From positions 23,422 to 47,421 of the forward strand of contig CAVWQS010000026.1 in assembly GCA_963757155.1 (NCBI GenBank): a DNA stretch of 24,000 nucleotides, written 5' to 3'. Below the pieces are notes generated by a model. That model saw nothing but the letters and a program-made list of their open reading frames with translations. It was not told the origin of the DNA and searched no databases. The number at the start of each line of letters is the position of its first letter. The first letter of the stretch is position 1. Source of the stretch: an uncultured Alphaproteobacteria bacterium. Its GTDB lineage: Bacteria; Pseudomonadota; Alphaproteobacteria; Dongiales; Dongiaceae. Shown here piece by piece: positions 1-8,505 of this stretch. Both the position numbers and the translations under genes were made by a program.

Positions 1-589
1 CGGCGAGGCCGAACTTGCCATTGCCGTAGACGGCGGTGGTGCGCATGAGATAGCCGACCGCCACCACCTCTCCCAGATCGGGTTGGCGCCCGGCGGCCAG
101 CGCCGCCGTCACCTTGTCGAAGAGACGAACGCTGCGGTTGGCGCGGCTCAGCACCAGCTCATCGGCGCCGTAGCGCGCCGCCTCCTGCCGCGGCGCCGCC
201 TGGCTGAGGCGCTCGATGGCGGCCTCGTCGATACGGCCCGCGGAAAGCGCGAAGGCGGTGTCCCATTTCTCGGCGATGACCCGGTCGGTGCGCTCCTCCG
301 GGGCCAGTTCGTTGGAGAAGCCCGAGAAGGTCAGGAGCCCCGCCGGCGTCTCGATCTCATAGACGATGCGCCCGAAGCCGCTGGCATCGAGATCGTGGCA
401 GCGCTGGCGGAAGATCCAGCGCTCGCGCCCCATCCGGCGGACCAGAGAGCGCACGAAGCTGAGGCGCGTGGGATGGAAGGAGCCGAGCCGCGCCAGGCGC
501 ATGACCGTGGCCGCCGGGCGGAGCGGCGCTTCCGGCGGCGTCGCGCCGGCGCGCGGGGTCGAAGTCGATGTTGCGGTGGATCGTTGCAT
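1..589 (-). CDS. Conserved hypothetical protein, N-terminal part only (the gene runs off the left edge)
   Basis: Absent from the ORF track because it has no stop inside the window. My translation of the minus strand from the ATG at 589..587 is open to position 1: MQRSTATSTSTPRAGATPPEAPLRPAATVMRLARLGSFHPTRLSFVRSLVRRMGRERWIFRQRCHDLDASGFGRIVYEIETPAGLLTFSGFSNELAPEERTDRVIAEKWDTAFALSAGRIDEAAIERLSQ...GYLMRTTAVYGNGKFGLA. The composition looks like a real protein, unlike the overlapping R/G/A/P-rich shadow ORFs. There is an in-frame TGA 21 nt upstream of the ATG. I do not recognise the family. Confidence 0.6.
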   Translation of the reverse strand, partial: MQRSTATSTSTPRAGATPPEAPLRPAATVMRLARLGSFHPTRLSFVRSLVRRMGRERWIFRQRCHDLDASGFGRIVYEIETPAGLLTFSGFSNELAPEERTDRVIAEKWDTAFALSAGRIDEAAIERLSQAAPRQEAARYGADELVLSRANRSVRLFDKVTAALAAGRQPDLGEVVAVGYLMRTTAVYGNGKFGLA

Positions 590-672
590 GGCGGTCGGCG
601 CTCCCGGTCACCTCAGCCTAGAGCGGTATTCGATCGGAGGGAATCCTTGGGAATCGGCCACTCCCAAAACAT

Positions 673-709
673 CCCCTCCCACCTTGCGGGGGAGGGCTTG
701 GGAGGGGGG
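673..709. repeat. G/C-homopolymer REP-like hairpin (CCCCTCCC ... GGGGGAGGG ... GGGAGGGG)
   Basis: CCCCTCCC (673..680) can pair with GGGAGGG (690..696) or with GGGAGGGG (700..707). The motif is the same type as the hairpin at 963..1005. It is intergenic. A GATCCGCG/CGCGGATC palindrome follows at 712..729. Confidence 0.5.
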
Positions 710-790
710 TCGATCCGCGTCCGCGGATCACGATGAATCTGCTCGGCATCCCTTGCATTGTGGAGAATATGGCCACCCCCACCCCGGCCC

Positions 791-955
791 CTATGGCACG
801 GACACATCTCAAAAAGCAGAGTCCGATCAATGGCTTGGCCAACAGGGGTCGAGTAGTGCGGCCGATAGCTATGAAGGGCAAGGAAGTCCCGTATCTGCGG
901 GGACTTCTCGCGCTTTTTGGCCCGAGGCGCGGCGAAAGATGTGTCCACTCCATAG
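791..955. mobile_element. MITE-like non-autonomous element, 165 bp, with 19-bp imperfect terminal inverted repeats and a 9-bp direct duplication of flanking sequence
   Basis: The left end CTATGGCACGGACACATCT (791..809) matches the reverse complement of the right end AGATGTGTCCACTCCATAG (937..955) at 16 of 19 positions. The element is flanked immediately on both sides by the identical 9-mer CCCCGGCCC (782..790 and 956..964). Internally there is a second inverted pair, CAAAAAGC (810..817) with GCTTTTTG (912..919), and an 8-bp hairpin (883..890 with 900..907). No transposase-sized ORF is present. Confidence 0.5.
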
Positions 956-962
956 CCCCGGC

Positions 963-1005
963 CCTCCCCCCTCAAAGCGCGGGCCTTACGGCCCGCAGGG
1001 GGAGG
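963..1005. repeat. REP-like compound hairpin downstream of the Nudix gene
   Basis: The outer stem pairs CCTCCCCC (963..970) with GGGGGAGG (998..1005). The inner perfect stem pairs GCGGGCC (979..985) with GGCCCGC (990..996) around a TTAC loop. It lies 45-87 nt downstream of the minus-strand stop at 1050. There is no U-tract, so it is not a canonical intrinsic terminator. Confidence 0.5.
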
Positions 1006-1049
1006 GGGAAGAAAGTGGGAAGCCAGGACCAGGAATTCGTCGCGGATTT

Positions 1050-1631
1050 CTAGCCGCCGAGCAGTCGGTTGAGCTTGGCATATTGCAGCAGCAGGATCGT
1101 CTTGCCGTCGACGATCTCGCCGCGCGCTACCATGGCAAGGGCCTCGTCCAGAGTGCGTTCGAGGACTTCGATGTCCTCGCCCTCCGCCTCCAGCCCGCCG
1201 CCCTGGTTGACGCGACTCGCGGCGCTGTATTCGGCGACGAAGAAAACCAGCCGCTCCGTCACCGAGCCGGGGCTCATGAAGGCCTCGAAGACGCGACGGG
1301 GCTGAGCGACATGACAGCCCGCCTCCTCCTCCGCCTCGCGACGGATGGCTTCCTCGGGGCTGAGCTCATCCAGGAGCCCGGCCGCCACCTCGATCAGCGG
1401 CTCGGGATGGCCGTTGACGAAGGCGGGGTAGCGGAACTGGCGGACCAGCAGCACCGTGCCGCGGGCCGGGTCGTAGAGCAGGATGGCCGCGCCATTGCCG
1501 CGGTCATAGGTCTCGCGGTTGAGGGTCTGCCAGCTGCCGTCGCGACGGCGGTAGTCCAGGGTCGTCTTCTTCAGGAGATACCAGTCGTCCGACAGCACGC
1601 GCACCTCGCGCACGCGGACGCGCTCCGCCAT
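1050..1631 (-). CDS. nudK: Nudix hydrolase, NudK-like nucleoside-diphosphate-sugar pyrophosphatase (GDP-mannose pyrophosphatase family)
   Basis: 193-aa ORF. The N-terminus MAERVRVREVRVLSDDWYLLKKTTLDYRRRDGSWQTLNRETYDRGNGAAILLYDP...LLVRQFRYPAFVNG...LIEVAAGLLDELSPEEAIRREAEEEAG runs parallel to my memory of E. coli NudK (..ILSDNYFTLHNITYDL..REVYDRGNGATILLYN..LIRQFR..AGLLD..IRKEAIEETG). The Nudix box core REAEEEAG is present. Confidence 0.8.
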   Translation of the reverse strand: MAERVRVREVRVLSDDWYLLKKTTLDYRRRDGSWQTLNRETYDRGNGAAILLYDPARGTVLLVRQFRYPAFVNGHPEPLIEVAAGLLDELSPEEAIRREAEEEAGCHVAQPRRVFEAFMSPGSVTERLVFFVAEYSAASRVNQGGGLEAEGEDIEVLERTLDEALAMVARGEIVDGKTILLLQYAKLNRLLGG

Positions 1632-1703
1632 CGGGGAAGTTTCAGGATTTTCTTGTTCATCGGCAATCCCTAGCGGAACGGGGCGGCTCTTGCCATCGCA
1701 AGT

Positions 1704-2744
1704 TCAGGCCGCGGCGGGCTTGGCCTCGCCGGCGAGAGGATAGTGGCAGGCGACCTGGCGGCCATCGGGCAGCGGACGCAGGATCGGCCGCTCCGCCCGG
1801 CAACGGTCGGTGGCATAGCGGCAGCGCGGGTTGAAGCGGCAGCCTGGCGGCGGGTTCATCGGGCTCGGCACATCGCCGGTGAGCACGATGCGCTCGCGCT
1901 TCACCGGCCGGTCGAGCTCGGGCACCGGCACGGCGGAGATCAGGGCCTCGGTATAGGGATGAGCCGGGTGGCCATAGACCAGATCCGTCGGCCCCGTCTC
2001 GACGATGGCGCCCAGATACATGACCGCGATGCGGCTGGAGACCTGGCGCACCACGCTCAGGTCATGGGCGATGAAGATATAGGTCAGCGCCAGGCGCTCC
2101 TGCAGATCGGCCAGGAGATTGACGATCTGGGCCTGGATCGAGACATCGAGAGCCGAGACCGGCTCGTCGGCGACGATCAGCTTCGGCTCCAGCGCCAAGG
2201 CCCGGGCGACGCCGATGCGCTGGCGCTGGCCGCCGGAAAACTCATGGGGAAAGCGGTTCAGATGGTCGGGATGGAGGCCCACCAGCCCCATCAACTCCTT
2301 GAGGCGGCGGTCGATCTCCGCCCGGCCGAGGCGGCCATGGATGCGCATCGGCTCGGCGACCAGATCGCCGATCCGCCGGCGCGGGTTGAGGGAGGCATAG
2401 GGATCCTGGAACACCATCTGCATCTGGCGCCGGTGGGGCCGGAGCTGGCGGGCGCCGAGATGAGAGATGTCGACGCCATCCAGCAGGATCTGGCCGTCGG
2501 TGATCTCGTAGAGGCGCATGAGGCAGCGCCCGAGGGTGGATTTGCCGCAGCCGGATTCGCCGACCAGGCCCAGGGTCTCGCCGGGCCAGACCTCCAGCGA
2601 AACGCCGTCCACGGCATAGACGGTCTTCTGCTGCCCCGGGATGACGCTGCGACCGACCCGGAAATGCTTCTTCACATCGATCGCCTTCAGCAGCGGACGC
2701 GTCGGCAGCTCGGCGGGCGGATCATTGGCGGCGCGCTGGCTCAT
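1704..2744 (-). CDS. Peptide/nickel ABC transporter ATP-binding protein (DppF/OppF-like)
   Basis: 346-aa ORF. Walker [10 protein letters not shown], signature LSGGQRQR, Walker [13 protein letters not shown], and the C-terminal oligopeptide-transporter extension (PxHPYTxALxxA..., CxFxxRC). Its start overlaps the upstream stop by 4 nt (ATGA at 2741..2744). Confidence 0.9.
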   Translation of the reverse strand: MSQRAANDPPAELPTRPLLKAIDVKKHFRVGRSVIPGQQKTVYAVDGVSLEVWPGETLGLVGESGCGKSTLGRCLMRLYEITDGQILLDGVDISHLGARQLRPHRRQMQMVFQDPYASLNPRRRIGDLVAEPMRIHGRLGRAEIDRRLKELMGLVGLHPDHLNRFPHEFSGGQRQRIGVARALALEPKLIVADEPVSALDVSIQAQIVNLLADLQERLALTYIFIAHDLSVVRQVSSRIAVMYLGAIVETGPTDLVYGHPAHPYTEALISAVPVPELDRPVKRERIVLTGDVPSPMNPPPGCRFNPRCRYATDRCRAERPILRPLPDGRQVACHYPLAGEAKPAAA

Positions 2745-3787
2745 GAGGCCTGCCGCAGGCTGCGCGCGGCATGCTGACGCGCGCGCTCTTCCATGGAGAG
2801 ATGGCAGGCGGCCTCATGGCCGCCCTCGCCCTCCAGCGGCGGCTGCTCGCTGCATTTGACGAAGCGGAAGCGGCAGCGCGGCCCGAAGGCGCAGCCCTGG
2901 GGCAGGTTCGACAGCGACGGCGGGCTGCCCGGGATGGAGGGCAGGCGCCGGGGCCGCGGCCCATCCAGCGGCGGGATCGAATCATGCAGCCCCCAGCTAT
3001 AGGGATGCCAGGGCTGGGTGAAGATGTCGCGGGTCGTGCCCCGCTCCACGATGCGGCCGGCATACATGACCATGACCCGGTCGGCGATCTCGGCGACAAC
3101 GCCGAGATCATGGGTGATCAGCACGATGGAGGAACCGAAGTCGCGGCGGAGCTTCTTCAACAGCTCCAGGATCTGAGCCTGCACCGTCACATCGAGGGCC
3201 GTCGTCGGCTCGTCGGCGATGAGCAGCGAGGGATTGCAGGAGAGCGCCATGGCGATGAAGCCGCGCTGGCGCATACCGCCCGAGAGCTCATGAGGGTAGC
3301 GGTCCACCGTCACCGCGGGATTGGGAATCCCGACCTCGCCCAGAAGCTCGATCGCGCGCTTGCGGGCCTGGCGGCGGGAGAGACTGGTATGGGCGCGGAT
3401 CTGCTCCTCGATCTGCCAGCCGATGGTATAGACCGGGGTCAGCGCGGTCATGGGATCCTGGAAGATCATGGCGATCTCGCTGCCGCGCACGGCGCGTAGC
3501 TGGCGCCGCGAGAGACCGACGAGCTCGCGCCCCTTGTAGAGGATCGAGCCGCCGATCACCGCATTGGGATCGTTGATCAGCCCCATCACGCTCATCAGCG
3601 AGACGGTCTTGCCCGAGCCCGATTCGCCCACCACGCCGACGATCTCATGGGTGTCGATGCTGAAGGAGATGCCGCCGACGGCATGCAGCAGCCCGTGCTC
3701 GGTGCGGAAGGAGACCGTGAGGTCCCGCACCTCGAGCAAAGGCTTCTGCCCGTCAGGCGAGGCGGACGCGGGGGTCGAGGGTGGCAT
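2741..3787 (-). CDS. Peptide/nickel ABC transporter ATP-binding protein (DppD/OppD-like)
   Basis: Walker A GESGSGKT, signature LSGGMRQR, Walker B LLIADEPTTALD, and a C-terminal CxFxPRC motif. The track ORF (2741..3904) has a low-complexity N-terminus that overlaps the permease gene. I place the start at the ATG at 3787 (MPPSTPASASPDGQKPLLEVRDLTVSF). The exact start is uncertain. Confidence 0.85.
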   Translation of the reverse strand: MPPSTPASASPDGQKPLLEVRDLTVSFRTEHGLLHAVGGISFSIDTHEIVGVVGESGSGKTVSLMSVMGLINDPNAVIGGSILYKGRELVGLSRRQLRAVRGSEIAMIFQDPMTALTPVYTIGWQIEEQIRAHTSLSRRQARKRAIELLGEVGIPNPAVTVDRYPHELSGGMRQRGFIAMALSCNPSLLIADEPTTALDVTVQAQILELLKKLRRDFGSSIVLITHDLGVVAEIADRVMVMYAGRIVERGTTRDIFTQPWHPYSWGLHDSIPPLDGPRPRRLPSIPGSPPSLSNLPQGCAFGPRCRFRFVKCSEQPPLEGEGGHEAACHLSMEERARQHAARSLRQAS

Positions 3788-4724
3788 AGAGGATATCCAC
3801 GAGAGCATTGGCCATGACGACGAAGAAGGAGGCATACATGACCGTGGCCATGATGACTGGCAGATCGAGATTCTGGAGCGCGTCATAGGTGAGCTTGCCC
3901 ACACCCTGAAGCGCGAAGACCACCTCGGTCAGCAGCGCGCTGCCGCCGACGAGGGCGCCGAAATCGAGACCGAACAGCGTGACGACGCTGATGAGCGACG
4001 TGCGGAGCGCATGGCGCAGCAGGATCCGGGGTTCGCTGAGCCCCTTGGAGCGGGCGGTGCGGATGAAATCCTCCTGCCCCGCCTCCACCAGATTGGCCCT
4101 GAGCACCCGACCGTAGAGCCCGATATAGAGCGTGGCCAAGGTCAGCCAGGGCAGCAGCAGGGTCTTGAACCAGAGCCAGGGATCATCCGTCAGCGCCGTA
4201 TAGCCCAGCGGCGGCACCCAGGAGAAAAGCCAGGTGTCGTGCAGGCGGTTCTGGGTGATCAGATTGACGATCTCGCCCAGCCAATAGACCGGCATGGAGA
4301 TGCCGATGAGGCCCAAGACCATCAAGGCGCGGTCCAGCAGGCTGCCTTTGGTCGCCGCGGCGATGACGCCGATGGCGACGCTGCCGACGATCCAGAAGAA
4401 GGCCGCGCCCATGACAAGGGAAAGCGTGATCGGTGCCGCCTCCATCACCTCCGGGATCACCTCCTGGCCGCGATTGACGAAGGAGGTGAGGTTCCTATCG
4501 ATGAAGAGACGCTTCATCATGAGGGCGTATTGAATCGGCAGCGGCTTATCGAGGCCGAAGCTGGCGCGCACGGCGGCCACCACCTCCGGCGAGGCGTTGC
4601 GCCCGGCGATGCGCGAGGCGGGATCGGAGCCCGGGGTGGCGAAGAAGATCAGGAACACCAGGATGCTGATGCCCAGCATGACGAAGATCATCTGGGCCAG
4701 GCGGCGGATGAGCACGCTCAGCAT
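3753..4724 (-). CDS. Peptide ABC transporter permease (DppB/OppB-like)
   Basis: 323-aa ORF. The N-terminus MLSVLIRRLAQMIFVMLGISILVFLIFF is typical of DppB/OppB. It is a multi-span hydrophobic protein whose C-terminus ends ...LDPRVRLA. Confidence 0.9.
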   Translation of the reverse strand: MLSVLIRRLAQMIFVMLGISILVFLIFFATPGSDPASRIAGRNASPEVVAAVRASFGLDKPLPIQYALMMKRLFIDRNLTSFVNRGQEVIPEVMEAAPITLSLVMGAAFFWIVGSVAIGVIAAATKGSLLDRALMVLGLIGISMPVYWLGEIVNLITQNRLHDTWLFSWVPPLGYTALTDDPWLWFKTLLLPWLTLATLYIGLYGRVLRANLVEAGQEDFIRTARSKGLSEPRILLRHALRTSLISVVTLFGLDFGALVGGSALLTEVVFALQGVGKLTYDALQNLDLPVIMATVMYASFFVVMANALVDILYATLDPRVRLA

Positions 4725-4727
4725 GGT

Positions 4728-5771
4728 TCAGCGGAACCGCAGCTTGGCCCGGGGATCGAGCGCATCGCGCACCCCGTCGCCCAGGATGTTGAGGGCCAGC
4801 ACCGACAGCACGATGGCGATGCCGGGGGCGATCGCCACCATCGGACGGGTGTAGATCAGATCCTGCCCGTCCTGGATGATGGTGCCCCAGCTGGCATCGG
4901 GCGGCTGCACGCCGATGGAGAGGAAGGACAGCGCCGATTCCGTCAGCATGTTGATCGCCACCATCAGCGGCACGAAGACGATCAGGGTCGTCATCACATT
5001 GGGCAGGATGTCGCGGAACAGGATGCGGTGGGAGGGCACGCCGAGCCCGATGGCCGCGAGCACGAACTCGCTTTCCTTCAGCGCCAGGACCTGGCCGCGG
5101 ATCGGCCGCGCCACATAGGGAATGTAGACGATGCCGATGATGAAGATGGGCAGCCACAGGGTGCCCGCGGTGATGGAGATCGGTCCGATATCGAAGCCAT
5201 GGCTGATGAGCACGATCGAGAGCGAGATCGCCAGCAGATAGATCGGGAAGGCCCAGAGCACGTCGAGCAGGCGCGAGATAACCATGTCGATGGCGCCGCC
5301 GAAGAAGCCGGCGACCAGCCCGGTCAGCGCCGAGAGCACCAGGCACATGAGGGTCGAGGCGCCGGCGATCAGCAAGGAGTTTCGCCCGCCATAGAGCAGC
5401 CGCGCGGCGATGTCGCGGCCTTGCCCATCCGCCCCCAGGAAGTAATTGCCGATATCCCAGGTCGGGCCCAGGGGTACCGAGCCCAGCCCCAGCCCCTCCG
5501 TCGAGGGCTCGATCAAGGCGACGCTCTCGCCGTTGACGGTGATGGTGCCGTCGATGTTGGAGGTGAAGGGATCGGTATGGGCCACATATTTCGCATAGAG
5601 GGGGGCCGCGAGGCAGAGCAGCACGATCACCAGGAACAAGGCGAGCGCGCCCATGGCCGCCCTGTCGGCGACGAGCTTGCGCAGCGCCCGCGCCCAGGGA
5701 CCCAGGGCCGGCCGCTCGAGTGCGGCCGACCCCTGTCCCAACTCAGTCGTGATTGGCAGGCTGTCCGTCAT
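4728..5771 (-). CDS. Peptide ABC transporter permease (DppC/OppC-like)
   Basis: 347-aa ORF. It carries LGADGQGRDIAARLLYGGRNSL, ESALSFLSIGVQPP and a GDGVRDALDPR C-terminus, all characteristic of DppC/OppC. The gap to the next permease gene is 3 nt. Confidence 0.9.
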   Translation of the reverse strand: MTDSLPITTELGQGSAALERPALGPWARALRKLVADRAAMGALALFLVIVLLCLAAPLYAKYVAHTDPFTSNIDGTITVNGESVALIEPSTEGLGLGSVPLGPTWDIGNYFLGADGQGRDIAARLLYGGRNSLLIAGASTLMCLVLSALTGLVAGFFGGAIDMVISRLLDVLWAFPIYLLAISLSIVLISHGFDIGPISITAGTLWLPIFIIGIVYIPYVARPIRGQVLALKESEFVLAAIGLGVPSHRILFRDILPNVMTTLIVFVPLMVAINMLTESALSFLSIGVQPPDASWGTIIQDGQDLIYTRPMVAIAPGIAIVLSVLALNILGDGVRDALDPRAKLRFR

Positions 5772-5825
5772 CCTGACGAATCCCTTCGATGAACAGCCCG
5801 CCCGATGAGCCTAAGGCCCGCGGCT

Positions 5826-7491
5826 CTACTTGATCCACGACGCCGTGTGCTGCCAGTAGTACTGGGCATTGAAGACATAGTTCTTCACGCGCTTCGACAG
5901 GAAGTCGATGTATTTCGGCGTGAACAGCACCGCGACCGGCGCCTGGTCGGCCATCATCCTGTCGATGACCGCCCATTCCTTGTTGGCCGCAGCCGGATCG
6001 GTCACGCTCAAGGCCAGGGCTGCATTCATCTTGTCCTGGATGGTCTTGTCGCAGAAGCCGGCGATGTTCGGGGAGTTGTCCGAGCCGGGATGGAAGGTCC
6101 CGCAGCCCAGCAGCACGTTCAGGAAGTCGGATGGCGCCGGATAGTCCTGGTACCATTGCGAGACGCTGATCTGGACCTTGTTGTTGGTGTTCTGGATGTA
6201 GGTGAACTGGATGTTCTGCGAGAGCGCCTTGACGCTGGCGTCGTAGCCGATCGACTTGAGCACGCTCTGCAGATAGGTGCCGATGGAGCGATCGACCGTC
6301 AGATCCTGGACGATGATCGTCACCTTCTGCCCCGCGGTGCCGGATTCCTTCACCAGCTCCCTGCGCCTTGGCCAGATCCGGCGCACGTCCATTTGGTGCC
6401 GGGATTCTTGGTATAGGGGCAATAGGGCTCATAGCCCGGGGAAGCCGGGCGGCAGGACCTGGCAGGCGGGCTGCGCAAGCACCTTGCCGCCGAAGAGCTT
6501 CACCGTCGAATTGCGGTCAATGGCGAAGTTCACGGCCTGGCGGGCCTTCAGATTGTTGAAGGGCGGGATGTTGGTGTTCATCGGCGCATACCACATGGCC
6601 GTCAGGGTGTTGATATGCACCTGATCTTTGAACTTGGTGCCGATCTCGGCCAGACGATCCGGCGGCGGCTGGTCGAGGGTCCAATCCGCCTGGCCGTTCT
6701 CGATGGCGGTGATCTGCGGCTTCCTGGGTCAGGCCGAAATCATAATGGACCTCGTCGGGATAGCCGTCGGGCTGGGCGTCCTTGCTCCATTCCTTGAAAT
6801 AGGGATTGCGGACGACCTTGAGCTGCTTGTTGGGATCATAGGCGGCGAACATATAGGCGCCGGTGCCCATGATCGGCTCGCTGCCCATGTCCTTGGGCGG
6901 CGTATCGGCCGGAAGGATCACGCCATGGGGCACGGCGAGCTTGTCGAAGAACTCCGCGTCCGGCGCCACCAGATTGATGGTGACGGTATTGGCTGCCTCG
7001 TCGGCCACCACGCCGCCGTCCAAGGTGCAGGTCGCCGGGGTCTTCAGGCAGACATCGGCGCCGACGATGCCGTTGTAGAAGGAACCGGCCGTGGGCGTCG
7101 ATACCTTGAAGATGCGCTGGAAGGAGGCGACGACGTCCTTGACGGTCAGGTCCTGTCCGTTGGCGAATTTGATGCCCTTGCGGATCTTGAAGACATAGGT
7201 CTTGCCGCCGTTCTGGGGCTCGGGCATCGCCTCGGCCAGGTCGGGCACGATGGTGAAGCCCTCGCTGCCGGCGGCATGCTTGAAGGTGACGAGGCCGTCA
7301 TAGACGTATTGGTAGACGGTCCAGTATTGCAGCGTGTAGTTGATCTTCGGATCGAGGCTGCCACCCGCCGATTGCGAGAGAAGGCGCAGCGTCCCGCCGC
7401 GATGAGCATCATCGGCGGCCGCGGGCTGCAAGCTCGCGGCCATCAGCCCTGCGGCCGCCGCGGCTCCCATCAGCCATGTTGTTCGAGTCAT
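5826..7491 (-). pseudogene. Family-5 peptide/nickel ABC substrate-binding protein (DppA/OppA-like) with its reading frame disrupted at four places
   Basis: The ORF track splits it into 6517..7491, 6429..6620 and 5826..6422. The family-like sequence runs from MTRTTWLMGAAAAAGLMAASLQPAAA...HYDFGLTQEA in the first frame. After skipping one base near 6717 it continues as QITAIENGQADWTLDQPPPDRLAEIGTKFKDQVHINTLTAMWYAPMNTNIPPFNNLKARQAVNFAIDR...VLPPGFPG. Skipping a base near 6437 gives GYEPYCPYTKNPGTKWT. Skipping a base near 6385 gives APDLAKAQ. Skipping a base near 6360 gives ELVKESGTAGQKVTIIVQD... through to the stop at 5826. Read literally, an in-frame TGA occurs at 6429..6431. A good RBS (AAGGAAGG) lies before the ATG at 7491. 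Confidence 0.65.
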
Positions 7492-7545
7492 GATTGCCTT
7501 CCTTTCATCCCTGTTTGGTTGTCGTGCATCCGTTGCACTTCGACT

Positions 7546-8505
7546 TTAGTCCCCTCGTCCCTCTTGCGCGGCGAGAAACTCGTCGACGAGCTTCAGGCAG
7601 CGGTCGCTCTCCTCAAGATGCGGCGAATGGCTCGATTCCTCGAAGATCGCCCAGCGGACATCGGGGATTCGATCGGCATAGGGCTGCACCGTCGCCGGCG
7701 TCGCCTCGTCATGGCGCCCGGAGATCAGCAAGGTGGGCGCCTCGATCAGATGCAGCCGGTCGATGATGCTCCAGTTCTTCAGGCTGCCCAGGACGTGGAA
7801 TTCGCTGGGCCCGTTCATGGTGTGATAGACGGTCGGGTCTTCCTGCATGAAGCGGAAGCTGCGGTTCATGCAATCCGGCCAGGGATCCAGGCGGCAGAGA
7901 TGGCGGTCGTAGAAGACCCGCACCGCCGCCGTATATTCGGGCGAATCCGTCGTGCCCGCGGCCTCATGCTTCAGAAGGGTCTGCTGCACGCCGGGCGGCA
8001 AGGCCTCGCGCAGCCGATCCGCCTCCTGGACCCAGAGGGTCATGGAGGCCGGCGAATCCGCGATCACCAGAGAGCGCAGCCCCGCCGGGCGAAGCACGCC
8101 ATGCTCGGCACCCAGCATGCCGCCCCAGGATTGGCCGAGCAGGTGGTAGTCCTTCTCGATCCCGAGATGGCGGAGGAGATTGTCGAGCTCCGCCAGGAAC
8201 AGCTCGACGGTCCAGAATCCGGGCTCCTTGTCGCGGAGATGGGTGGACCGGCCGGCGCCGAGCTGATCGTAGAAGACGACGGCGCGGCCCGATTTGGCCA
8301 AGCGGTCATAGGGCTCGAGATAGTCATGGGTCCCGCCGGGGCCGCCATGCAGGGTCACCAGCGGCGGCTTGCCGCCCTCAAGATCGCCCACCACCCGGTA
8401 CCAGGTGCGGTAGCCCCGGAAATCGGCATATCCGTCACGGCGGCTTGCCGCTCCCGGATCCGACGCGACGGTCTTGCTGCCCATGGGATCCGCGTCACCG
8501 CTCAT
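7546..8505 (-). CDS. pip: Proline iminopeptidase / prolyl aminopeptidase (alpha/beta hydrolase, S33 family), paralog 1
   Basis: 319-aa [13 protein letters not shown] oxyanion region, nucleophile elbow [15 protein letters not shown] (Asp) and [10 protein letters not shown] (His). The start overlaps the upstream pip stop (ATGA at 8502..8505). An alternative in-frame ATG lies at 8484. Confidence 0.85.
   Translation of the reverse strand: MSGDADPMGSKTVASDPGAASRRDGYADFRGYRTWYRVVGDLEGGKPPLVTLHGGPGGTHDYLEPYDRLAKSGRAVVFYDQLGAGRSTHLRDKEPGFWTVELFLAELDNLLRHLGIEKDYHLLGQSWGGMLGAEHGVLRPAGLRSLVIADSPASMTLWVQEADRLREALPPGVQQTLLKHEAAGTTDSPEYTAAVRVFYDRHLCRLDPWPDCMNRSFRFMQEDPTVYHTMNGPSEFHVLGSLKNWSIIDRLHLIEAPTLLISGRHDEATPATVQPYADRIPDVRWAIFEESSHSPHLEESDRCLKLVDEFLAAQEGRGD

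Noticed and set aside
810-936. Interior of the MITE-like element considered as a riboswitch or known sRNA (the GGGGTCGAGTAGTG stretch vaguely recalls the yybP-ykoY GGGGAGUAG motif; CUCCCA motifs at 661..666 and 676..681 recall AbcR-type anti-SD motifs)
   Set aside because: The similarities are only a few nucleotides long, the surrounding conserved helices of those families are absent, and the transposition footprint explains the structure better.
366-1673. 435-aa plus-strand ORF spanning the intergenic repeats and the Nudix gene
   Set aside because: It reads straight through the REP hairpins and the MITE-like element and then runs antisense to the NudK-like gene. The sequence is not protein-like. 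ORFs 83..736+, 357..611-, 613..975- and 618..953- were rejected for the same reason.
3564-5792. 742-aa plus-strand ORF, the longest in the track
   Set aside because: It lies antisense to the two permease genes and part of the DppD-like gene. The translation is low-complexity and D/E/G/R/H/Q/A-rich, with no recognisable motifs. The minus strand encodes textbook ABC permeases. This is a typical high-GC shadow ORF.
6429-6431. In-frame TGA between two same-frame ORFs of the binding-protein gene, considered as possible selenocysteine or programmed readthrough
   Set aside because: In that frame the residues after the TGA (ALLPLYQESRHQMDVRRIWPRRR) do not look like an SBP. The two other frames give conserved-looking GYEPYCPYTKNPGTKWT and APDLAKA. 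I saw no SECIS-like hairpin. Compensating frameshifts explain the pattern better.
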